From contig CAZOOJ010000024.1 in assembly GCA_964581415.1 (NCBI GenBank), positions 1-47,380 on the forward strand: DNA of 47,380 nucleotides, written 5' to 3'. This document shows positions 1-7,872 of this stretch, in pieces (positions within the stretch are counted from its first letter, which is position 1; every line of letters begins with the position of its first letter). Source of the stretch: Candidatus Woesearchaeota archaeon. GTDB taxonomy: Archaea > Nanobdellota > Nanobdellia > Pacearchaeales > GW2011-AR1. Under the pieces are notes generated by a model. It did not search any database, was not told where the DNA came from, and worked only from the letters and a program-made list of their open reading frames with translations. Position numbers and translations under genes: made by a program.

Positions 1-248
1 ATTTTATTGAAGGAACAGACCCTTCTTATAAAATAAAACTTTCAGATAATGAATCTGGCTCTTGTTATGGAACTAATAGTTTGAGTACATATACTGAAAC
101 AACAGGCTCAGCTCAAGAAGCTTGTGATAATTTTGGCTATGATGATTCTAAAGACTTATTAGATATTGATATAAATATAACTGTTCCTGATGATTCTCCT
201 ACAGGACATAAAACTACATGGGTTACAGTATTTGCAGCAACTATTTAA
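1..248 (+). CDS. Window-truncated 3' end of a secreted protein, paralog of the 196-aa ORF at 13690..14280
   Basis: Frame 3 reads (D)FIEGTDPSYKIKLSDNESGSCYGTNSLSTYTETTGSAQEACDNFGY...HKTTWVTVFAATI with stop TAA at 246..248. By hand alignment 73 of 81 residues match the C-terminus of the minus-strand ORF 13690..14280. Confidence 0.8.
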   Translation, partial: FIEGTDPSYKIKLSDNESGSCYGTNSLSTYTETTGSAQEACDNFGYDDSKDLLDIDINITVPDDSPTGHKTTWVTVFAATI

Positions 249-289
249 AATAAATTTTACAAATAATTTAACTTTTCTATTAATAAACT

Positions 290-480
290 GGCTTTGATAA
301 AACTTTATTTTTTCATAATAAAATTCTATCTATTATATTTTTACAGAATTTAATTTCTTAAAAAGAAATTATCAGAAGCAATCTATTAAAGAGATATCTT
401 AATTCTACTTATAAGTTCAATATTAATTAATAACTTAAAAATAAAATAATTTGTTTTCTTTTAGAAGAATTTCCCAAAGC
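290..480. repeat. MITE-like intergenic repeat, copy A (degenerate left terminus)
   Basis: Bounded by ggctttgataaaac ... gaatttcccaaagc. Both about 35-nt ends resemble those of the copies at 13447..13649, 20233..20414 and 46419..46610. Confidence 0.65.
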
Positions 481-656
481 TAATAATATCAAATCATTTT
501 TAAGTTTTAAAACTTTATTTATGAATAGTCAATATATTCAGAAATATAAAACCTCTAAAGAATCTATTAATGAAGAAATCTCTTATATATTCTCTGAAAT
601 GATTAAATCTGTCAAAAATTCATTATAGTAAACTATAAAAATCTTTTTTTGTTTTT

Positions 657-1853
657 ATGAAAATGAAAAGAGGATTGGTTTTTTTATTTATCTTTTTAAT
701 AGTTATGTTTGTTAGTTTTAGCTCTGCTCTTCTCATAACTCCTGGAAAAAAAGAATATAATTTTGTTCCAAATTTAGAAGATAAAATAACTTATTATGTA
801 ACCTCTGTTAAAAGTCAGAATCAAGAATATAAAATCTATACTGACGAAAATGCTTATCTTTCAGAATATATTGAAATCAGCAAAGATAAGATTATTGGTT
901 CAGATAAATTTGAAGTGTATTTAAAATTACCTTCTGAAATAGAAAAACCTGGAGAACATAGAATTCCAGTAATTGTTGAAGAAAAAATAGATGAAGAAAC
1001 TGCTGAAACAGGTATAAAGACTTCTATAACTCTTAAAGCTATAATAGAAATATCTGTTCCTTATCCTGGAGAATATCTTGAAATTTCATTAACTTCTGTT
1101 GATGCAAATATTGGAGAACCTGTTAATTTTGAAATTTATATGATAAATAAGGGAAAAGAACCATTAAATTTAATTCCTTATATAGAAATCTATCCTAGAG
1201 AATCTAATGAAAAAATAAAAACTCTGAATTTTGAAGATAGATTTCTAAAAAGCCAGCAGGATATGAGATTAAAAAAAGTCTTAAATACAGAAGACTTTAA
1301 TGCAGGAAAATACAGAGCTCTCGCAATTGTTGAATATGGAAAAGGAAAAACTGCTAAATCTCAATCTGATTTTAAGTTAGGAGAACTTTTTATTAATATT
1401 GTTAGTTATACAAGACAGATAATTATAGGAGGTTTAAGAAAATTTGACATAGAAATTGAAAGTGGATGGAACGACAGAATTGATGGAGCTTATGCGGAAG
1501 TTTCTATTTTAGACAAATCAAATAAAAATAATCTTGCTTTTTTCAAAACTTCATCAACATCTTTATTTCCATGGGAAAATAAAACAATTTCAGGATATTT
1601 TGAAACAGATAATTTTTTAGAAGGATTTTATGACGCAAATATAACTCTGATATATTATGGAGGAGAAAGAGGAAAAAGTTCAAGCGAGTTAGTTGAAGTA
1701 GAGTTTATAAAAAACTTTCCAAAGATAATTCTTATAATTTCTATAATTCTTGTATGCTTAATTTTAATAATTTCAGCTGTAATATTAATAATTAAAAAAA
1801 ATTTAATTTCAAAATTTAGGAGGAATATTAAAAATGAAAAAAAGAATAAATAA
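657..1853 (+). CDS. Cell-surface protein: N-terminal signal peptide, beta-sandwich (CARDB/NEW3-like) repeats, C-terminal TM anchor with basic tail; paralog of 14586..15893
   Basis: 398-aa ORF. Hydrophobic N-terminus MKMKRGLVFLFIFLIVMFVSFSSA. ITPGKKEYNF and VPYPGEYLEISL align with ISPGRTTLNF and VPYPGKYIDCSL of the 435-aa ORF. C-terminal TM IILIISIILVCLILIISAVILII is followed by a K/R-rich tail. Confidence 0.8.
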   Translation: MKMKRGLVFLFIFLIVMFVSFSSALLITPGKKEYNFVPNLEDKITYYVTSVKSQNQEYKIYTDENAYLSEYIEISKDKIIGSDKFEVYLKLPSEIEKPGEHRIPVIVEEKIDEETAETGIKTSITLKAIIEISVPYPGEYLEISLTSVDANIGEPVNFEIYMINKGKEPLNLIPYIEIYPRESNEKIKTLNFEDRFLKSQQDMRLKKVLNTEDFNAGKYRALAIVEYGKGKTAKSQSDFKLGELFINIVSYTRQIIIGGLRKFDIEIESGWNDRIDGAYAEVSILDKSNKNNLAFFKTSSTSLFPWENKTISGYFETDNFLEGFYDANITLIYYGGERGKSSSELVEVEFIKNFPKIILIISIILVCLILIISAVILIIKKNLISKFRRNIKNEKKNK

Positions 1854-2259
1854 ATTTTATTTTGTAATTCTTTTATTTCTTTTAAGTTTTTTAATATTAT
1901 TTCTTTCTTTTATCTTTTCACAAAAAACTGTCTATGAAAAAGAAATTCCCCTTAAATTAGAAATTGGAGAAAATGGAGGATTAGATTTAAATTTAACTAC
2001 ATTATCTTTCGGAACAATTACTCCTTCTATTAATTATAAAAGGGAATTAATCATAGAAAATGATTATCTTTTTCCTTTGCTTTTTGAATTTGATGTTACT
2101 GGAGATATAAAAAATTTTCTTATTTATGATGATAAAATTTATTTAGAAAGCGGAGAAATTAAAAAAGTTACTATCACTGCTTTCTCATTCTCTGATGAAG
2201 AAAAAGGAAATTATTCTGGAAAGATGATTATAACTGCTAAGAAAATCAGAGATAACTAA
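1834..2259 (+). CDS. Small secreted/anchored beta-rich protein, unknown family
   Basis: 141-aa ORF overlapping the upstream gene by 20 nt. N-terminal hydrophobic segment FYFVILLFLLSFLILFLSFIF, then alternating hydrophobic/polar pattern typical of beta strands. Confidence 0.6.
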   Translation: MKKRINKFYFVILLFLLSFLILFLSFIFSQKTVYEKEIPLKLEIGENGGLDLNLTTLSFGTITPSINYKRELIIENDYLFPLLFEFDVTGDIKNFLIYDDKIYLESGEIKKVTITAFSFSDEEKGNYSGKMIITAKKIRDN

Positions 2260-2317
2260 AATTTTGTTTAATTTAAAAGTCCAGAAGAAATTTAAATAAA
2301 TAAATCCAATTAATATT

Positions 2318-3364
2318 ATGAAAAAAGAGAATAAAAAAAAGATTTTTTTGATTGTTCTTTTATTAATGTTAATCTTTTTTATTTTAATGAATATTTCTCT
2401 GAAAACTATTTTTTTAACTACTTCAAATGCTGTTAATGCAACTGTTCAGCTTGAGATTATGGAAACAGAATACTGCGGAGATGGTATTTGTAATGAAGAT
2501 GAAACGTGTTCTTCTTGTCCTGAAGACTGCGGAGTCTGTGAAGAGGAAGAGGAAGATGAAGATGATGGAGGAGGCGGAGGAGGAGGTGTTGTTATTGCTC
2601 CCTCTGATTCATATTTTGTAGATAAAGAGCTTATTAAAGTTGTTATGAGATTAGGAGAAACTTTAGATGTTTCTTTTAGAATAACAAATAACTGCACAAA
2701 AGATTTAAACTTTGAACTAGAAAATAAAATGGAAAATTATTTAATTATTTCACAACCAAACTTTACTCTTAATGCTGGAAATCAAAAAGAGATTTTTTTG
2801 AAATTTTTTACCACTTCTAAAACAGAGCCAGGAGTTTATACTGGAAAATTTAATATAAACTGTAATGGAAAAACAAAAGAGATACCAATCATACTTGAAA
2901 TTGAATCTAAAGAAGTTCTTTTTGATGTTGATTTAGATGTACCAATATCTTACAAAGAAGTTTATCCTGGAGAACTTATTGTTCTGCAATTCACAATTTT
3001 CAATTTGGGAAAAATAGGAAAAGTTGAAGTAAATGTAGAATATTTTATAAAAAATTTTGATGGAGAAACTATTCTTTCTGATTCTGACATAATTTCTGTA
3101 GGTGAGCAAATCTCCTTTTCCAGAACTTTAAGAATTCCTTATAATTTAGAATTGGGAAGTTATGTGGCTACAGCACAGGTTAGATATGATTACTTTGTTG
3201 GAACCTCTTCTGATACTTTTGAAGTAATAAGAAAAAAAGGATATCTTCCTTATTATTTCTTATTAGCTTTTTTAATATTCTTACTTATACTTTTAATTAG
3301 AAAATTAATTAAGACTTTTGGAAAATATAGAAAAGAAAGAGAAGAGGCAAATACTTCTCAATAA
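2318..3364 (+). CDS. Surface protein with Cys-rich CGDGIC module, poly-acidic/poly-Gly linker, two CARDB-like beta-sandwich domains and a C-terminal TM anchor
   Basis: 348-aa ORF. N-terminal TM/signal. EYCGDGICNEDETCSSCPEDCGVCEEEEEDEDDGGGGGGG. Pattern YPGELIVLQFTIFNLGK...GSYVATAQVRY. C-terminal TM YYFLLAFLIFLLILLI plus basic tail. Confidence 0.75.
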   Translation: MKKENKKKIFLIVLLLMLIFFILMNISLKTIFLTTSNAVNATVQLEIMETEYCGDGICNEDETCSSCPEDCGVCEEEEEDEDDGGGGGGGVVIAPSDSYFVDKELIKVVMRLGETLDVSFRITNNCTKDLNFELENKMENYLIISQPNFTLNAGNQKEIFLKFFTTSKTEPGVYTGKFNINCNGKTKEIPIILEIESKEVLFDVDLDVPISYKEVYPGELIVLQFTIFNLGKIGKVEVNVEYFIKNFDGETILSDSDIISVGEQISFSRTLRIPYNLELGSYVATAQVRYDYFVGTSSDTFEVIRKKGYLPYYFLLAFLIFLLILLIRKLIKTFGKYRKEREEANTSQ

Positions 3365-3399
3365 AAATTATCTGAGAAAAATTTTGAAATTATTCTTAT

Positions 3400-3687
3400 C
3401 TATTCGCATAGATTTTCATTTTTTTCTCTTGGATCTTTCCAGTTTTTGTCCTGCTGAATTGAGGCACCAGTGGGAGTCATTTCTATTAATCTACTTTCTT
3501 TACAGATAAAATAATAATCTTCACAGAAATTAGTTCCATTACAAATGGCTTTTGTATATGAATGTGTATAAAGGAATTCATCATCTGTTTTAAAAATTTT
3601 AGAATCTTTATAATTTAAATAAAAAAAGAACGCAAATAGAATAAATAATAAGAAGAGAATTAATGCTCTGATTGTTCTTTTTCCCAT
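3400..3687 (-). CDS. Small membrane-anchored Cys-containing protein, unknown function
   Basis: 95-aa ORF. N-terminal TM ALILFLLFILFAFFFYL. Five Cys in the predicted external part (CNGTNFCEDYYFIC...C). Confidence 0.5.
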   Translation of the reverse strand: MGKRTIRALILFLLFILFAFFFYLNYKDSKIFKTDDEFLYTHSYTKAICNGTNFCEDYYFICKESRLIEMTPTGASIQQDKNWKDPREKNENLCE

Positions 3688-3839
3688 ATTTTTTTATTTT
3701 ATAGGCTTTTTTAAATATTTGGGATAAAAATCTTTATTGATTTTAGGAGTTTATTCCTGCTAAAAATGTTAAAAATTTCAAAATATGCAAAATATGCTGA
3801 AAACAACTAAAAATTAATTTTATCGACGATAAAAAGGCA

Positions 3840-3855
3840 GAAAGCTTTATAAACC
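3840..3855 (+). promoter_or_regulatory. Candidate BRE/TATA box (GAAAGCTTTATAAACC) upstream of gyrB
   Basis: Purine-rich BRE-like GAAAG followed by TTTATAAA. A nearly identical box, CGAAAGCTTTAAATAA, precedes psmB at 33828..33843. It lies about 90 nt upstream of the gyrB ATG. Confidence 0.35.
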
Positions 3856-3942
3856 AATCTAACTTTTTTAGAATATAGGAGAAAATTCTAGAAGATTCTT
3901 TCTATTTTCTCTTTAATTAAATAACCAAAAAATTAGTGAAAA

Positions 3943-6900
3943 ATGTCCAAAATGACAAAAAAAAACGAATATGGTGCTGAAGCAATTAAGGTACTTGAAG
4001 GATTAGAGGCAGTCAGAAAAAGGCCATCTATGTATATTGGTTCTACAGGTAAAGAAGGGCTGCATCATTTAGTTTATGAGATAGTTGATAATTCTGTTGA
4101 TGAAGCACTCGTAGGAAAATGTAAAAAAATAAAAGTTGTTTTAAACAAAGACGGTTCTGCTTCAGTTGAGGATGATGGAAGAGGAATTCCTACTGAGATT
4201 CATAAACAATTTAGAATTCCTGCTCTTCAGGTTGCTTTAACAAAACTTCATGCAGGAGGAAAATTCGATAAAAAATCTTATTTAATCTCTGGAGGATTAC
4301 ATGGTGTAGGAATTAGTGTTGTTAATGCTCTATCAAAAAAATTGATTGTTGAAGTAAAGAGAAACGGAAAAATTTATAGTCAGGAATACTCAAGAGGATT
4401 TCCAAAAAATAAATTAAAAGTCATTGGAGGATGTAGTGATAAAGATTCTGGAACAAAAATTCTTTTTTGGCCTGATGATTCAATTTTTTCAATTTTAAAT
4501 TTTGATTATAAACTTTTAGAAACCCGATTTAGAGAAATAGCTTTTTTAAATCCAGGATTAAAAATTCTTCTTATTGATGAAAATAAAGGAAAGACAAAAG
4601 AATTTATTGCTACTGGAGGTTTAATAGAATTTGTAAAATGGCTTAATGATTCTAAAGAAACTTTACACAAACCAATTTATTTTAAAAGAAAAATTAATGA
4701 AACAGATATTGAGGTAGCAATACAATACAATGTAGGATATAGAGAGAATATTTTTGGCTTCGTGAATACAATAAATACTGTAGAAGGCGGAACTCATGTT
4801 TCTGGATTTAAAACTGCTTTGACAAGAGTTATTAATGAATATATGAAGAAGAATAACAACAAGACATCAAATATTTCAGTTTCAGGAGATGATACTAGAG
4901 AAGGTTTAACAGCTATCATTAGTATTAAAATTCCAAATCCTCAATTTGAGGGACAGACAAAAACAAAACTCGGAAATAGTGAGATTAAAGGTTTTGTTGA
5001 TTCAATAGTCAGTTCTGCTCTATCAGAATTTTTTGAAGAAAATCCTTCAATAAGTAAAAAAATATTGTTGAAAGCAGTAGATTCTGCAAAAGCAAGATTA
5101 GCTGCTAAAAAAGCAAAAGATTTGATTAGAAGAAAAACAAGTTTTTCATTAACTGGTTTACCAGGAAAGTTAGCAGATTGCTCTTCTAAAAAATCAGAAA
5201 ATACAGAACTTTATCTCGTAGAAGGAGAATCTGCTGGAGGCTGTTTTTCAGGCGAGACTAAAGTCGCTTTAGCAGATGGAAGAAATATTTCTTTTAAGAA
5301 TTTAGTTGAAGAAAATGAACAAGGAAAAGAGAATTTTTGTTATACAATTAAAAAAGACAAAACTATTGGCATCGCAAAAATTGAAAATCCTAGGATGACT
5401 AAAAAAAATGTTACTGTGATTAAAGTTGTTTTGGATAATAATGAAAAAATTATTTGTACACCAGAACATAATTTTATGCTTAGAAATGGAGATTATAAAC
5501 AAGCTAAAAATTTAACTAAAGGAGATTTCTTAATGCCTTTGTATAGAAAATTTTCAAGGATTGGAGGGAAAATTACAATAGATGGTTATGAAATGGTTTT
5601 TGATACTAATGGGAAATGGATTTTTACTCATATTTTGGCTGATAAGTATAATCTAAAAAATAATATTTATTCCAAAGAACAAGGAGATCATAAGCACCAT
5701 ATTGATTTTAATAAATTAAATAACAATCCAGATAATATTATAAGGCTGAAAAAAGAAGAACATTTAATTCTTCATACAGAGAACTTAAAGAGAACCCTTC
5801 ATAGAGAAGATGTTAAGGAAAAATGCAGAATGATTCATCAAAGTCCAAAGTTTAGAAAAAAAATGAGTGAATGGGCAAAACAGCCTGAAGTGAATAAAAT
5901 GCTCTCTGAAAGAGCAAAGGAACAATGGAAAGATAATGATTATAAATTATTTATGATAAATAAGTTTAAAGAATTCTATAATTCTAATGAAGAATACAGA
6001 AGGTTTAATAATGAGCTTCTTAATAAAAATCAGAAGAGGTATTGGGCAGATCAAGAAAACAGAAAAAAGGCTTCTAAGAAAGTTAAGATATTTTTTAAGG
6101 AAAATCCAGATGCAAGAGAACATTTATCTAAACTTGCAAAAGAGCAGTGGAATGATGAAATCTTGCTTTTATGGAGAAGGCAAAAAACAAAAGAACAATG
6201 GACTTCTGAATTTAGAAAAAAACGAAAAGTTTCTTATAATAAGACTTATTATGATGAAACAATTAAATTAATGAAGAATGTTCTTGAAAATAAAGGTTCT
6301 TTGAAGAATTTTGATGAAATTAGAATCAAAAACAAGAATAAAAGTATTTTGAGTATGGATACTTTTTGTTCTAGATTTTTTGAAGGGAATTTTAATCAGA
6401 TGTTAGAATCTATTAAGAATTATAATCACAAGATAAAAAATTTAGAATGGCTTAATAAAAAAATCGATGTTTATGACTTGGAAATTAAAGAAACATCCAA
6501 TTTTGCATTAGCTTCAGGAATTTTTGTTCATAACAGTGCAAAAATGGCAAGAAGTAGAGAAATTCAGGCAATTTTAAGCTTGAAAGGTAAAATACTTAAT
6601 GTTGAAAAAGCAACTCCTGCGAGAGTGCTTTCAAGCGAGGAAATAACAAATATGATAACTGCTATTGGAACAGGAGTGGGAGATGAATTTGATATAAAAA
6701 AATTAAGATATAGCAAGATAATAATTATGACTGATGCAGATGTTGATGGAGAGCATATAAAAACTCTTTTGTTAACTTTTTTTTATAGATTTATGCCTGG
6801 ATTAATAGAAGAAGGAAAAGTTTATGCTGCTGTTCCTCCATTATATAGAATTAGAAGAAAAAAAGATTATTATGTTTATTCAGACAATGAACTTAAAGAA

Positions 6901-7140
6901 ACTATTGAGGAGTTAGGTGTTAAAGAAGGAAACATTACGAGATTTAAAGGACTTGGAGAGATGTCTTCGAATCAACTTTGGGAGACAACTATGAATCCAA
7001 AAACAAGAAAAATAAACAAGATTTTTGTAGAAGATGCTGTTGAAGCAGACAAAACTTTTACAATGCTAATGGGAAGCGATATTTCAGCAAGAAAAACTTT
7101 CATTTCAGAAAATGCAAAAGAGGCACAGTTGGATGTTTAA
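3943..7140 (+). CDS. gyrB: DNA gyrase subunit B, interrupted by an intein (residues 434-864)
   Basis: GHKL ATPase motifs EIVDNSVDEA, DDGRGIP, GGLHGVG. Transducer QFEGQTKTKLGN. TOPRIM ELYLVEGESAGG ... IIMTDADVDGEHI. C-terminal PPLYR...FKGLGEM. The protein is colinear with bacterial GyrB once the insert is removed. Confidence 0.95.
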   Translation: MSKMTKKNEYGAEAIKVLEGLEAVRKRPSMYIGSTGKEGLHHLVYEIVDNSVDEALVGKCKKIKVVLNKDGSASVEDDGRGIPTEIHKQFRIPALQVALTKLHAGGKFDKKSYLISGGLHGVGISVVNALSKKLIVEVKRNGKIYSQEYSRGFPKNKLKVIGGCSDKDSGTKILFWPDDSIFSILNFDYKLLETRFREIAFLNPGLKILLIDENKGKTKEFIATGGLIEFVKWLNDSKETLHKPIYFKRKINETDIEVAIQYNVGYRENIFGFVNTINTVEGGTHVSGFKTALTRVINEYMKKNNNKTSNISVSGDDTREGLTAIISIKIPNPQFEGQTKTKLGNSEIKGFVDSIVSSALSEFFEENPSISKKILLKAVDSAKARLAAKKAKDLIRRKTSFSLTGLPGKLADCSSKKSENTELYLVEGESAGGCFSGETKVALADGRNISFKNLVEENEQGKENFCYTIKKDKTIGIAKIENPRMTKKNVTVIKVVLDNNEKIICTPEHNFMLRNGDYKQAKNLTKGDFLMPLYRKFSRIGGKITIDGYEMVFDTNGKWIFTHILADKYNLKNNIYSKEQGDHKHHIDFNKLNNNPDNIIRLKKEEHLILHTENLKRTLHREDVKEKCRMIHQSPKFRKKMSEWAKQPEVNKMLSERAKEQWKDNDYKLFMINKFKEFYNSNEEYRRFNNELLNKNQKRYWADQENRKKASKKVKIFFKENPDAREHLSKLAKEQWNDEILLLWRRQKTKEQWTSEFRKKRKVSYNKTYYDETIKLMKNVLENKGSLKNFDEIRIKNKNKSILSMDTFCSRFFEGNFNQMLESIKNYNHKIKNLEWLNKKIDVYDLEIKETSNFALASGIFVHNSAKMARSREIQAILSLKGKILNVEKATPARVLSSEEITNMITAIGTGVGDEFDIKKLRYSKIIIMTDADVDGEHIKTLLLTFFYRFMPGLIEEGKVYAAVPPLYRIRRKKDYYVYSDNELKETIEELGVKEGNITRFKGLGEMSSNQLWETTMNPKTRKINKIFVEDAVEADKTFTMLMGSDISARKTFISENAKEAQLDV
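5242..6534 (+). mobile_element. GyrB intein (431 aa) with an HNH-type endonuclease domain and K/W-rich repeats
   Basis: The insert splits the TOPRIM motif EGESAGG|SAKMARSRE. It starts CFSGETKVALADG (block A). TPEH is block B. It ends FVHN followed by Ser (+1). Internal HKHHIDFNKLNNNPDNIIRLKKEEHLILH fits an HNH motif. This is followed by repeats such as AKEQWKDNDY / AKEQWNDEIL / TKEQWTSEF. Confidence 0.85.
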
Positions 7141-7141
7141 A

Positions 7142-7564
7142 ATGATAAATTGTAGATTTTGTAAGAGAGAAGGAGAGCATATACTTCATGAAACAGAGAA
7201 TACAATCAGTATTTTAAGCAATCCTTATTTAGTTAAAGGACATACTCTTGTTATGCCAAAAGAACATTATGAGAAACTTTTAGAGTTGCCAAAGAGCATC
7301 TTGAATGAACTGATTGATGAAGTAGTTTATATTGAAGAATTATTAGGAGAAAGATTAAATTCTCCAGGATGTGATATAAGACAAAATTATCGCCCTTTTT
7401 TAGAAGACAGCAAACTTAAAGTTAGTCGTCTTCATTTCCATGTTTTGCCAAGATTCCTTGAAGACGAATTATATTTAAAATCAATGATTTCTGAAAAAGA
7501 AATTTTTAGAAATTTAAATTCTGAATTGGTTAAATCTCTAATGAATAAATTAAATAATAATTAA
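7142..7564 (+). CDS. HIT-family (histidine triad) nucleotide hydrolase/transferase
   Basis: N-terminal CRFC and histidine triad LHFHVLPR. I prefer the ATG at 7142, one nt after the gyrB stop (TAAAATG), over the track start at 7112, which overlaps gyrB. Confidence 0.8.
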   Translation: MINCRFCKREGEHILHETENTISILSNPYLVKGHTLVMPKEHYEKLLELPKSILNELIDEVVYIEELLGERLNSPGCDIRQNYRPFLEDSKLKVSRLHFHVLPRFLEDELYLKSMISEKEIFRNLNSELVKSLMNKLNNN

Positions 7565-7565
7565 A

Positions 7566-7871
7566 ATGGTGAAAAGAAATAAATTGAAGACACCTGAATG
7601 GATTTTAGAAGGTTATGATTCTCCTGAAGAATATGAAAAAGCTAAAGGTAAGAAAACAGAAAAGAAAAAAGGAAAAGTCTTTAGAATTAGAAAATGTCCA
7701 AAATGCGGAAGTGATGATGTGAAGATTGTTTTGGGAAATGAAGAGGGAAAAAAAGCAGATGAATGGGAATGTGATAAATGCAGATGGAAAGGAAGGAATA
7801 TTAAAGAAGAAGAATTTAGTGAAGAGGAATTTTTAAAATATTTAGATGAAAAAGGCGAGGAAATTGCATAA
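7566..7871 (+). CDS. Small charged Zn-ribbon protein (CPKC...CDKC), unknown function
   Basis: 101-aa ORF with one CxxC-x19-CxxC pair and K/E-rich flanks. TAAAATG junctions on both sides. Confidence 0.6.
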   Translation: MVKRNKLKTPEWILEGYDSPEEYEKAKGKKTEKKKGKVFRIRKCPKCGSDDVKIVLGNEEGKKADEWECDKCRWKGRNIKEEEFSEEEFLKYLDEKGEEIA

Positions 7872-7872
7872 A

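Larger units (their letters stand above)
1..487. repeat. Arm A of an inverted segmental duplication (partner 13441..13937); may extend left of the window
   Basis: Positions 1..487 align to the reverse complement of 13441..13937 through both the gene 3' end and about 240 nt of downstream non-coding DNA. Example: ttaattaataacttaaaaataaaataatttgttttcttttagaagaatttcccaaagctaataa matches the reverse complement of 13441..13504. Similarity stops at 488 / 13440. Confidence 0.85.

Noticed and set aside
657-740. Class III (prepilin-type) signal peptides suggested by MKMKRG|LVF... here and MKRG|SII... at 17700..17789
   Set aside because: A KRG motif followed by a hydrophobic stretch is also compatible with ordinary Sec signal peptides. 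Both proteins have AxA-like cleavage sites (SSA, INA) after the h-region. There is no prepilin peptidase or assembly ATPase nearby. The evidence is insufficient to call them pilins.
2427-2697. Two track ORFs (2427..2621 plus strand, 2446..2697 minus strand) across the poly-Glu/poly-Gly region
   Set aside because: They are alternative-frame or antisense readings of the homopolymeric codon run inside the well-supported 348-aa surface protein gene. Their poly-S/poly-P low-complexity products are typical artefacts.
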